Source: Felis catus
Lineage: Eukaryota
NCBI RefSeq assembly: GCF_018350175.1
Contig: NC_058368.1
Span: 172,548,001 to 172,612,000 of the forward strand
Reading direction: 5' to 3'
Length of the DNA: 64,000 bases
A program made the position numbers and the translations under genes. Position 1 is the first letter of the stretch. Each line of letters begins with the position of its first letter. The notes beneath the pieces were generated by a model, which did not search any database, was not told the origin of the DNA, and saw only the letters and a list, made by a program, of their open reading frames with translations. Positions 51,521 to 62,720 of the stretch are shown here, one piece after another.

Positions 51521-51861
51521 AAAACACAGATGAGTGTTTTATCATCTCACTTTATAGGTAAGGAAACTAAGACAGAGGCAGGGACTCGTACCAAGTCACA
51601 TAATTACTTAGTAGCAGAGCCTGGGGTGAACCCAACTTTCCTGACTCAGATCCAGGGCCCTTTTCACTATGTTGCAGAGGAATAACATCATCTGACTTAC
51701 AATAAGTCACCTGGCTGCAGTATGCATAATCTGAGTGTGTGGAGGGTGGAGGGGGCAAGGGCAGAAGGAGGAGCCTGTTGTACTAATCTCAGTGTGAGAT
51801 GGGTGATATATTGTACCTAAGTAGGAAGGTGATGAAAAACTGTCAGGGTGAAGCTATACAT

Positions 51862-52052
51862 ATATTTTTTATATATTTATTCTTGAGAGAGAGAGAGAAA
51901 GGGGAGGGGCAGAAAGAGAGGGAAAGAGAGAATCCCAAGGAGGCTCCACACTGTCAGCACAGAGCCCAATGCAGGGCTCAAGCTCAAAAACTGTGAGATC
52001 ATGACCTGAGCCAAAGTCAGACACTTAACCAACTGAACCACCCAGGTGCCCC
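51862..52052 (-). mobile_element. Can-SINE (inside an L2 fragment)
   Basis: TSD gaagctata. Confidence 0.88.
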
Positions 52053-52696
52053 CAAGAAGCTATATTTTAAAAGCAGAATTGGTGGGTTAGTTGATGGACT
52101 GAATGTACTGATAGAAAAGAGAAGAATGCAGGATGACTTTATTTTCTGATTTGAGCAACTAGCAAGGGAAAAGACATTTACTGTAATCAAGAAAACAGAG
52201 GGAGGAAGAGTTGGGGAGGGGAGTCAGGAATTTTGTTTTGTACATGCTGCGTTTGAGATGTCTTCAGACATGTAAGTCAAATATGCAGTTACTGCATATT
52301 CCTGTCTTAAATTCAAGGAACAGGTTGTGGCCAGTGATATGGAAAGATCATAAATGTGGTAGACAAATGACTCAAGTTTGGGAAGTTCTAGGTGACATGA
52401 TTCTTAAGAATCTTTACATGTGAAAAAATTGTGATTCAGGAAATACTGCGTATCAGAGTTGGTTCTTCTGGATGACTGGGTACAAAATTTGTCCCACTCA
52501 AAATTTTCTCCCTCATATTAATTATAATGGATTTCCTTTTTTCCCCTCACTTAGGTTCAGTTTGTGCCTTTCCGAGTGACGTTATGGTTTGATTATAGTT
52601 TTAAAGCTTTCAATATTATTCAGTTTCTTCAAAGTTTGGCTTTGGTTATACTCTTCTTTGAATATCACCAAAGACTCTCTTTTTAAAATTGTGGGA

Positions 52697-52910
52697 GCAG
52701 GTCACCTGGTGGAGCGTCTGACTTGATATGGGCTCAGGTCAGAATCTCACGGCTGTGGGATCAAGCCCTGCCTCAGGCTACCTGCTGAGCTTGGAGTCTG
52801 CTTGGGACTCTCTCCCTCTCCCTCTCTCTTCCCCTGCCCCGCCTACTTGGCACTCGCTCCCTCTCTCTCTCTCTCTCTCTTAAAATAAATAAATAAATAA
52901 AACTTTTAAA
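52697..52910 (+). mobile_element. Can-SINE (older)
   Basis: TSD aaaattgtg. Confidence 0.8.
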
Positions 52911-53344
52911 AAATTGTGTTCCAGAGTTATCACCTTTAAGAATAATCCTTATGTCATGGGATCTACCTGGCCATGACACAAGGAATCTAGAAGGCATAGT
53001 CTTTCTACTCCATTTACCTTCTGTTTAAGTGTCTCCTGTAACTTTTAAAGCCAAATGACTCCTCTCTCTACCCTCCCTGAACCATATTTCTGCTAACTGT
53101 CCGGGGGAAGAATAATAGAGTCTGTTTATTTGCAAGTCTGTGGTTCTTTAAACATTACAGTAGTCTCCATTTGACCTGAAATCCTCTTGTTGTAGTTGCT
53201 GTTATTGTTCACAGAAGATGAAGCAAAATGTTTGCAAAGCAATTCTAGTTCATACATTTCACTGATAATTCCACTTTTGACTCATTCTTTAGTAATACAG
53301 TACATGGAACCATGAATGTGTTTATTCTAGCATTATATAAAATA

Positions 53345-54222
53345 CTGTATTTCAAACTTCTAAGATGCATAGTTTAATATTGTGAAATCTGAATGTTTCT
53401 TATAATTCTGTTGGCCTGGCGCTGACACAGTTATGATTGCTTGTGTAGTGTGAATCATGTTGTTATTCCCGGTAACATGACTAGCATAAGTCAATAAGAA
53501 TTCTTAAGGAAGCATAACTCTCATGCTTCCTTAAGAATTCAAGTCCTGGCTACTTCCATTGACACCTTCTGGTAAGTCCAGAAATACCAATGTCAGTAAT
53601 TGCAAAAAGGTGTCAGCATCTTTTTTTTTTTAATGTTTATTTTTGAGAAAGAGAAAGAGTGTGAGCAGGTGAGGGGCAGAGAGAGAGGGAGACACAGAAT
53701 GAGAAGCAGGCTCCAGGCTTTGAGGTGTCAGCACAGGCCCAATGTGGGGCTCAAACTCATGACCAACGAGATCATGACCTGAGCCAAAGTCGGACACTTA
53801 ACTGACTGAGCCATCCAGGTGCCCCAAAAGGTGTCAGCATCTTAAATGACAATCCTGTAGCAAACAGTGGGGCCTCCTTTAAAGAAATGCTGCATCCCTG
53901 AATGTTTTGATGCCGCTGAGGCTGATACTGGATATTAAAACCCAACATCAATACTCTGAACCAAAAAGTGATTTGGAAGACTTGCACTTTAATTGTGAAG
54001 AAGTTTTAGGATCATTTTGAACAATATGATAGCCTATTCTCCTTTTTTTATGTATGCACAAGAGTAAAATATAAAATCTATGACTAAAGAAGTTTAAGGC
54101 AGAACTTCCAATATAAATAAAATTAAAAATCTATTCAATGATCTGTATCTTATCATAGTGTGACTGATACAGAAAACAATGTGTGTTCCAACCTGTATCA
54201 TCTTAGATTTAACAAAATTTCA
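53345..54222 (+). mobile_element. TcMar-Tc2 (Kanga/MER104-like) relic with Can-SINE (-53621-53825)
   Basis: Termini ctgtatttcaaacttctaagatgca ... catcttagatttaacaaaat; degenerate SFKKCCI..LDG.EDD-like segment at ~53875-53930; SINE TSD aaaaggtgtcagcatctt. Confidence 0.55.
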
Positions 54223-54329
54223 AAGCAAATAACTGGAAACAATCTAAATGTCCAACAACTGAAGGATAATCAAATAAATTGAATAAATAAATAATGGGAT
54301 ATTATCATTACAAATCACATTTTCCAATC

Positions 54330-56470
54330 TTTTTTATTTTGATGATAGCGTTATTGAGATATAACCCACTTACCATAAAATTCACCCATGTAAAGTGTAC
54401 AATCCAATCGTTTTTAGTATATTCATAGAATTGTGGAACTATCACTACAACCAACTTCAGAAGATTTTCATCATTTCAAAAAGAAATCCCGCACTCTTTA
54501 GCTATCGTCCTCCCCCAACCCTAAAGCAATCACTAATCTACTTTCTGTCTCTATAAATTTGTATATTCTGGACATTTCATATAAATGGAATCATATATTA
54601 TATGGTCTTTGGGAATGGACCCTTTCACTTAGCATAACACTTTCAAAGTTCATCCATGTTGGGGCACCATGATGGCTCAGTCGGTTAAGCATCCGACTTC
54701 AGCTCAGGTCGTGCTCTTGCAGTCTGTGAGTTTGAGCCCCACATCAGGCTCTGTGCTGATAGCTCAGAGCCTGGAACCTGCTTCAGATTCTGTGTCTCCC
54801 TCTCTCTCTGCCCCTCCCCAGTTCACCCTCTGTCTCTCCCTTTCTCTCTCAAAAATAAATTTTAAAAAAATTTAGAAAAAAGGTTCATCCATGTTGTAGC
54901 AGGTGTCAGTAGTTCATTCCTTTTTATGACGGTGTAATATTCCACTGTATGGATAGATCATATCTTGCCTGTTCATTCATCAGTTGATAGGCATTTGGGT
55001 TGATTACATCTTTTGACTATTATAAATAATGTTTCTGTGAACATTCATGCATAAGTTTGTGTGAGGACATATGTCTTGAGTTCTCTTGCATATATACCTA
55101 GGAGTAGAATTGCTGGAATATATATATGGGAATTCTATGTTTAAGTTTATGAGGAACTACTAGACTATTTTCCAAAGTGACTGCACCTTTTTACATTCCT
55201 ACCAACAGTGTATGAGCATTCTGGTTTCTCCACATCCTTGCTAACACATGTTATTATCTGACTTTTTGATATGGCCATCCTACTGGATACAGAGTAGTGA
55301 CTCATTGTAGCTTTGATTTGCATTTCCCAAGTGGCTAATGATGTTGAGCACCTTTTCATGTGTTTATTGGCCATCTGCATATCTTCTTTGGAGAAAAGTC
55401 TATTCAGACCCTTTGTCCATTTTTAATTGGGTTATTTATCTTTTTATTATTGAGTTATAAGAGTTCTTTATATAATCTATATACAAATTCCTTGCCAAAT
55501 ATATGATTTGTAAATATTTTCTCCCATTCCTTGGGTTATCTTTCACTTTTCTGAGAGTGCCTTGTAAAGCACCAGTTTTAAAAATTTTAATTAACCCCAA
55601 TTTATCTACTTTTTCTTTTGTAGCCTGTGTTTTGGTGCCATATATAAGAATCCATTACCAAATCCAAGGTGACAAAGATTTTGTTCTATGTTTTCTTCAA
55701 AGAGTTTAATGGTTTTAGCTCTTAGCATTTAAGTTTTTGATCCATTTTGAGTTCATTTTTGCATGTGAGGTAGGTGAGGACTATATACATTTTGTATATG
55801 AGGAATATATACACTTTTGTATGTGAAGAAAGTGTCCAAGCTCATTCTTTCACATGTGGCTACCAGTTGCCCCAGCACCATTTGTCAAAAAGTCTCTTCT
55901 TTCCCTATTTCACCCCTGAATTTGAAACTCTTATCTTCACACTCCTGTTAAAAATAAATTCACTATAGTGGGGTGCCTGGGTGGCCCAATTGGTTAGGCA
56001 TCCAACTCTTGATCTCAGCTCAAGTCTTGATCTCAGGGTCATGAGTTCAAGCCCCACATTCAGCTCTATGCTGAACATGGAGTCTACTTTAAAAAAATAA
56101 AATAAAATAAAAATGAATTCACTATAGACACATGGTTTGTTTCTGGACTCCCAGTTCTATTTCATTGATTTATAGGTTTATCCTTTTGCTACTACCACAC
56201 TGTCTTGATTATTGTTGCTTTGCAGTAAGTTTTGAAATTGAGAAGTGTGAATCCTCCACCTTGGTTCTTCTTTTTCAAGGTTGTTTTGACTATTCTGGGT
56301 CACTTGAATTTCCATATGAATTTTAGGATCAAATTGTCAATTTCTGCATAAAATGGCAGTTTGGATTTTGAAAACGGTTGCATTAAATCTGTAGATCGGC
56401 TTGGGGAAGCACTGACATCATAACAATATTGAACCTTCCTATCTGTGAACATGGGATGTCTTTCCTTTTA
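54330..56470 (-). mobile_element. Old L1M (L1MB-like) 3' portion with Can-SINEs at +54661-54880 and +55969-56112
   Basis: Minus [32 protein letters not shown]; typical L1MB 3' UTR. Confidence 0.88.
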
Positions 56471-56845
56471 TCCAATCCTTTTTAATGTACTAGAGGAATA
56501 ATATGATGTAGCTATGTCACCAGGAAAATAGAAATATTTCTTGGTTATGGGATAACGGATAATTTTTATTTTATTTTTAAACATTTCTGTATTTTCCCAT
56601 TTGTCAACAAAGAATATCTTTTATATAACCAGAAAGAAGTTATTTTTAAAGGAAAATATTCTTTAATAAAATACACTTACATTTAAAGTACTTTATAAAC
56701 ATGGAATATGCTTGGAAATGAAAATGCTTGAAAGATTTTTCAAAATTCATGAACATACCAATCTTTATTCTTGGTCATTTCTTCATCAGAATTTACTGAT
56801 TGTATGCTGTACGGCAAATACTGCACTAGATCCTGAGTGTACTGT

Positions 56846-56870
56846 TTTTTTTTTTTTTTCAAAGTTTATT

Positions 56871-56916
<46 letters not shown>

Positions 56917-57090
56917 CATGAGTGGGATGGGGCAGAGAGAGAGAGAGAGAGAGAGACACAGAATCTGAAGCAGGCTCCAGGCTCTGAGCTGTCAGCACAG
57001 AGCCTGACACGGGACTTGAACCCACGAACTTTAAGATCATGACCTGAGCTGAAGTCAGACACTCAACCGACTGAGCCACCCAGGCACCTC
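56846..57090 (-). mobile_element. Can-SINE with expanded (GA)n, inside an L2 fragment (~56770-57330)
   Basis: TSD cctgagtgtactgttt. Confidence 0.92.
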
Positions 57091-57959
57091 CTGAGTGTAC
57101 TGTTTAAACAAAATAAGCATAATTCCTACCGTCATGAAGCTACAACTAGTGGGAGACTGACAATGAACAGGCAAACAAGGTAGGAAATAGAAATGCAATT
57201 ACAAGTTGTAAAGAGTACTTTGGAAGAAAGCCCTTAGTACTATGACAGAGGATATTGGTGGGGAAGAGCTAACCTTTGATACAGTGGTCAGGAAAGCTCT
57301 CTCTAAGACACCAACATTTCAGCTGAGGCTTGGCAACTAGATACAAAGGTAAATGGCGGTTTTTAATATTTGTCAAATGTTCAAGATGGCTTCTTAAAAC
57401 TTAAAGGTAAAAATAAGCTTTACAATTCCAAAGGGAAATTAATCTCAACAAATAGAGTAACCCCACCACCTCCTATACCACGATAAATAGGGTCCAAAAA
57501 ATTCAATACCATAAAATGTGGGGTTAAGTCATCGTAGTTAATGAAATGACACTATACAGTCCCAATCCTACCCTGTCCAAGCTGCAATTTGGCTCCACCT
57601 AACAGTAGTTGTCAGTTCCAGCTTAACTATCCATGGGGATTATTCTGGGTCCTGGTGGCAGGCTGGAAGTTCCTGGGCAGAGGCAGCAAGTCCAGGAATC
57701 TCCAGTTAGCTGGTGCCTTTTTTGTCAGCCAGCTAAGGAAGCTTGGGCCAAGAGAATATTGAAGATTCAAAGCCCTACCCTTTACTTCCCCTCTTCCTGA
57801 AGTGATGTGCCCTGACATTTCCCCTCCTGGTCTCAATCTATCTTCCACTAGCCTTCCTCTAAACATGAGACCTCCAGCCCACTCCTGTTTGAGAATGAGA
57901 GTTAAGCAAAGGACCAAAGCCAATATAGTTGAATGAGGGTTACCATGGAAGTTTTATTC

Positions 57960-58450
57960 TATGTTTTGGTTGCTTCTTGCCTACTCAATATTCATTCCCT
58001 GCTCTTAGTAACAGAACTCAGATTTTGTTTAGGAGGCAATGTGACTAATCAAATTAGATGCTTCCTTGAACTCTACTGAAAGTCACCATGGTAAGGTGAT
58101 ATAGTTTGACCAATAAGATTTCAATTAAGGGATTTGAGAAAGCTCTGCCTTAATGATATATGCTCTACTCATTTCATCTTCTTTTTGTACCTTCCTGCCT
58201 GGAACCTGGACATGAGGCTGGAGACAGGGCAATCATTTTTTAAGACTATGAGATAACCATGAGGATGAATATTTTATATCAAGAATAGCGATGTAGAGAG
58301 ATAGAAGGAAGCTGGGCATTAATGCCATTGTGGAATGGCTGTCCCAGCCTGAATGAACCACCTCCGGACCTCTAGGTAAGAAAGTCTGTACTTATTTGAC
58401 TATAGTTAGTTTTCCATTATATACAGCCAACTGAAATCCTAACAGATACA
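57960..58450 (+). mobile_element. Old MaLR LTR (MLT1J/K-like)
   Basis: cttcctgcctggaacctggacatgaggctggag...atacagccaactgaaatcctaacagataca. Confidence 0.6.
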
Positions 58451-59127
58451 GTGGTGTACTACGAACATAAACTTAACATCTTTTAAAGAATCCAAGATTT
58501 TTAAGGTCTTAATGTAGAAAGTCCAACTCTCATGTTTATAAAAGAGAAAATTCACAGCATTCCACTCCTTATCACCTACTGTTGAGTGGTCAGTAAAGGT
58601 CATTAAACAAAGGGAGCACAAAGGAGCAACTTCAGAGAGGGAGTCATTTAATGCCACCTAACTTCATTAACCCCATTTCCCATGCCACATCAAATAAACA
58701 TATATTCCAGGTAAAACTGTGCTTGCTATGTAAACATACTTCTAGAGAAGATCCTTGGTGCCTCGTTTCAATGAGATTGCTATCCCTGAACTCCTCTTAA
58801 ATGGGAATTTTGTCATAGCATAAAATAACTTCAAGAGCAACTCTGCCCACAGGCAAAATTATGGCTTAGGGTTCATTATTGCACACACCTTTCATCTTTC
58901 AAGCAGATATATTAAAATGATATGACTCAAGGAATGATACAGTTTTTTCAAATTTCAGCATGAAAGGTCTGCAGTGCCTTAGTAGGTTTCTACTTTAATA
59001 TGAAATCTCCTCTTTACTACCCCCTTACATACAATGCCTCAGCCTCCAAAACAAAATCCTCAAATTATGCCTCCAGAATTCATTATCTTTTGGGGTAGAG
59101 ACAGCCACCATTTAAAATAATATGAAC

Positions 59128-59320
59128 AGGGGCACCTGGGTGGCTCAGTCGGTTAAGCGACCGACTTCAGCTTAGGTCATGAACTCACAGCTTGTGGGTT
59201 CAAGCCCTGCATTGGGCTTGTGCTGACAGCTCAGAGCCTGGAGCCTGCTTCAGATTCTGTGTCTCCCTTTCTCTCTGTACCCCACCCCCCTCAAAATCAA
59301 ACATTAAAATTTTTTTTTTA
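59128..59320 (+). mobile_element. Can-SINE
   Basis: TSD atgaaca. Confidence 0.9.
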
Positions 59321-59857
59321 AAAATGAACATTTGTACAAAAAGCGTAGTTCAGATAAAGCAACATACTAATAGGCCAAATCAAAGGAAGGGAAGGAGAGA
59401 ATTCTACTAGTGTTCTACATACACCCTTGCCCATGTGAAATTAAACTCGTTGTGCATCCTAATGTGAAGAATGTAGACTTTTTTTTTTATTATTGTAAAT
59501 AACACAATGGCCATTCGAGTAGGAAATTCAAGTAGGCTTTTCAAGTAGGAAAAAAATCTACACTATATGATGAAACTTTTTATCACAGAACCAAAACAGG
59601 GAAAGACTTCCAGATGAAAATCTATGTGGGGTTAACTGGAATTACATTTTTTCCCCCATTTCAGAATAGAATTACTCCACAAAGTTTTCTGGTATCTTTC
59701 TCAATGGTTCCTAATGAAACTCTAGAAAAGTAATAAAATTCAGCCAAGAATTATCATAATTGAATGGAGTCCCAAATAAACTATGTTTTTAATTGCCAAA
59801 ATCTTACATGTCAAATTACCTGATTCAGAGATCTTATAAAAATTGGGGGGTGGGGGT

Positions 59858-59868
59858 GGAAATTCCCC
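59858..59868 (-). promoter_or_regulatory. NF-kB consensus site GGGGAATTTCC
   Basis: Plus strand reads GGAAATTCCCC, ~1 kb into intron 1. Function untested. Confidence 0.4.
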
Positions 59869-60917
59869 ACTCTTTTTTTCTCTAAGTAGGCAAGGATAAT
59901 CAGCAGGAGGCAGCCGGGCTTTTTAGAGATCTTTACTATTACCAAGACAAAGGCTAAACTAACATGTCACATACAACTTAGGTGGACTTCTTCCTAGAAG
60001 GCAATTCAAATTTCAGCATGAAAGGTCTTCAGTGCCTTATGTCAACCTTTCAAAGAAGCATACCACAAGACATTACACTGCCTTCTTCACCATCATTGTA
60101 TGATAAGTGATAAAAAATGTGGGCAGAAGTAATCATTTCGCCAAGCCCTGCGGCTTGAAGCCTCAACACAGCTTCTATATGGAATCTAGAAGCAAACACA
60201 GGGAGGGTTATGAGTGGTCACTCAGAGGTGTCCTGACACCCCACTCACCTGGGTTAGCTTCTGGAGCTGAGGTACGGAGTCGGGTCTATATTACAGACTC
60301 ACCTCTAAACCCCCAATTTGTGTCTACGCACTTGGTTCCCCTCAGGCTAACAGGTTTAAATCAGTACTGGGTGGCAAGCTATGTCCATTCTGTGGGTTCC
60401 CCAGTTTGGAACACAGAGGCTCTGCAGCACCCGAAAGTTCTTCGCAGCTTGTTTTCACGTCCAAAGCTGTCACTGGGAGCACATCCCTATCCTGGTCTGG
60501 CCCCAGGGCTGTCCACTGAGGAGCCGGACTGATCGCTCCCTGGTGCCAAAGCATCTTGACACCCAGGAGCCCGAGACTGCCGAGCAACCCCTCTGACCTG
60601 GGACAAGCAGCCAGAACTCCTCTCCCCACAGGCACGAACGCTCCACGACCCGGGAAGGACTTGCATCCTAAAGAGATGTCTCCCGACGCCCAGACAAAGA
60701 CAGCGCTGGGAAAAGTTGGACCAACTAGCACCACCAGAAGGCGAGCGGATCAGCCCCTAGGCTTCAGTGGCCGAGCCAGCGATGCGCTCTCAGAGTCGCC
60801 GCCAACTTTCCCCGTGAGCTTCTGAGCAACTTGCTGGAAGTTGGGGAGAGGGGGCAGAGGAAGGGTCGGAGAGGCTGGTCGCGCGTCCCAGCCGGTTCCG
60901 CGTACCTCCCCGAGTAC

Positions 60918-61069
60918 CTGCTAATGTATCCGTCGCCGTCGCCGTCGCAAGTCTGGAAGAGGCGCCGCATCCTCTCCTCCTCGCCAGTGCTGGATGTGTC
61001 GCTGCTGCTGCTGCCGCCGCCTCCGCCGCTGCTGCCACCGCCGCTGGCGCTCCCCGCCGCCGCCATCAT
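60918..61069 (-). CDS. MCC: MCC first coding exon (long isoform; Gly/Ser-rich N-terminus plus start of EF-hand 1)
   Basis: Translates MMAAAGSASGGGSSGGGGGSSSSDTSSTGEEERMRRLFQTCDGDGDGYIS(R), matching the recalled MCC N-terminus (SDTSSTGEEERMRRLFQTCDGDGDGYISR). 152 nt = 50 codons + AG, then donor CAG|GTACTC (phase 2). Second ATG (61066) has the stronger Kozak context (A at -3, G at +4). Confidence 0.93.
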
Positions 61070-61330
61070 GCGCCCGCTGCCTGCTCGGGAAGACGAGGAC
61101 GCGCGGCCGCGGGAGGAATCCGCGAGGCGCAAAAGCGGCTCGCAGCCCCGAACCTGCCTGACAACGGAGCATGCCCAGTGGCCGCCGGGGCGCTCCCGGC
61201 GCGGGATTCCAGCTCTCCGGGTTTTGCCCGGGCTGGGAAGATGGGCGCCCTGCAATCGCGGGAGTAGGCACCTCAGCGGAGAGGGAGGAGGGGAAGGTGG
61301 ATCGTGGAGTCGGGGAGCCAGGGATGGCGA

Positions 61331-61367
61331 GGGGACGCGAGGGGACGCGAGGGGACGCGAGGGGGGG
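61331..61367 (+). repeat. (GGGGACGCGA)3 + G7 minisatellite; G-quadruplex motif
   Basis: Three exact 10-mers followed by GGGGGGG. Confidence 0.85.
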
Positions 61368-61768
61368 CAGAGTACACAGGAGGTCTCCTGGAAGGGTGTC
61401 AACTCCGTGCATCCAACCTCGACGCGGGCCCTTGACACTTGGGGACTCAAGCAGAAGGGAGTGTGCTCCCGGCGGAACTCCTCCAACCGCCCAGAGTCGT
61501 GGATTTCTTTTCAGGAAAAAGATAAACACTCCCGTTTTGCCAACTCAGAGCGGTTCTTCTAGTCCCAGGCTGCAAGACTGCGCTGGATTCTGAACCCATA
61601 GCCCCAGATGAGACCCTTTAATGTCTAGGGTTTTGTGCATTTTTAACACCTGTCAAGAAATCTGACCCTCCTTAACTCCGGCTGATCGTCAACACTATAC
61701 TGGAAATAATCTGCTCTCCTGTGTGGCATTGTGAACGTTTGGTCCATTTCTGGAAACAGCTCCTGACC

Positions 61769-61776
61769 TGACGTCA
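61769..61776. promoter_or_regulatory. Palindromic CRE motif TGACGTCA
   Basis: Exact motif ~0.7 kb upstream of the ATG, overlapping a TGACCT half-site. Function untested. Confidence 0.4.
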
Positions 61777-62222
61777 CTAGAATTTGCCCCAACAGTTTTA
61801 ATAACATCAAGAGCGAACATAATAGATGGTCTCATTTGACCCACACTACACACCTGAAAGATATCTCTTTATTATCAACCCTGTGTTTTAGGAGGTAGGT
61901 AACTACTTCATATAGTATCTTGATTACAAAATAAGATAGTATATTTTGATACCTACTAAGCACTTAATAACTGTTAGCTCTCATTATCCCCAATTTACAG
62001 ATGAGAAAACCAAGGCACCCAGACTTGCTTTAAGGTTCCAGGCTTAGTAAGTGTCAGGGCAGAGGCAAGCCCAGGCAGGCAGTCTAACTCCAGAGCAGGA
62101 GGCCTTAAACACGACAGTATCCTTCCACCACAGCAGAAAAGGAACCACAATGAACCAATTTGTGGTTTAGGGAATGACTCATTATTCTGTCCCAGACTTT
62201 CTGCCAGAGGTCTGAGAATTCC

Positions 62223-62720
62223 TGTGGTAGTTTTAAAACACATCTGCAGATTCTTTGGTGCACCTCTCATCAGGAGGTGGAGACTGTTTGCCTTCCCTTG
62301 AACCTGAGTGGGCCTTTGTGATTCTCTTGACTTCTGAGGCTGGTTTAGAAAAGACACTACAGATTCCATTTGGCTCCCTCACTTGGGACAGGGACCTTGG
62401 AAGCCCTGAACTGCCCTGAAAGAAATTTGTCCACACTAAGCTTCCATGCTGGAGAGACCGTGTAAAGACAGAAAGAGATGTCCAAGGACCCTAGGACTTT
62501 CCAGTCTTCTCAGCCCAGGTGCCAGACACAAGTGAATGAGAGAGCCTTCAGATGATGCTAGACCTAGACACTGAAACTGCATTAGAGACCCTGAGCAAAC
62601 ACTGTCCAACTGAGCCCTGACAACCCCCAGAGATAAGATGGCAATAATTAAAGGATTGTTGTGGTTTTAAGCCACTAAGTTTTGAGGTCATTTGTCATGC
62701 AGCAATAGAACCAGAAGATA
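62223..62720 (+). mobile_element. MaLR LTR (MLT1F/G-like)
   Basis: tgtggtagttttaaaacacatctgcagattctttgg...ttttaagccactaagttttgaggtcatttgtcatgcagcaatag. Confidence 0.75.

Larger units (their letters stand above)
1..60917 (-). other. MCC: MCC intron 1 (partial, continues beyond the left edge)
   Basis: Starts at the GT donor (60917-60916). No match to the expected exon 2 peptide (NDLLMVCRQLNMEES...) in the ORF track or by eye. Repeat-rich throughout. Confidence 0.75.
60520..61590. promoter_or_regulatory. CpG island / MCC promoter and 5' UTR
   Basis: Sharp rise in GC and CpG density around exon 1 compared with the CpG-depleted remainder of the window. Confidence 0.9.

Noticed and set aside
139..59320. 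SINE heads as tRNA genes, and the recurring MAQSVKRLTSAQVM-type ORFs as a gene family
   Set aside because: These are tRNA-derived Can-SINE sequences with (CT)n and A-tails, and their translations.
60764..61486. Full 240-aa minus ORF as the MCC CDS
   Set aside because: Only 61069-60918 matches MCC. The upstream part is an open in-frame UTR/promoter stretch with a non-ATG start; the downstream part is intron read-through.
60831..61562. 243-aa plus-strand ORF and other long ORFs across the CpG island
   Set aside because: Antisense or shadow frames of GC-rich exon 1; stop-codon scarcity explains the length; no recognisable domain.
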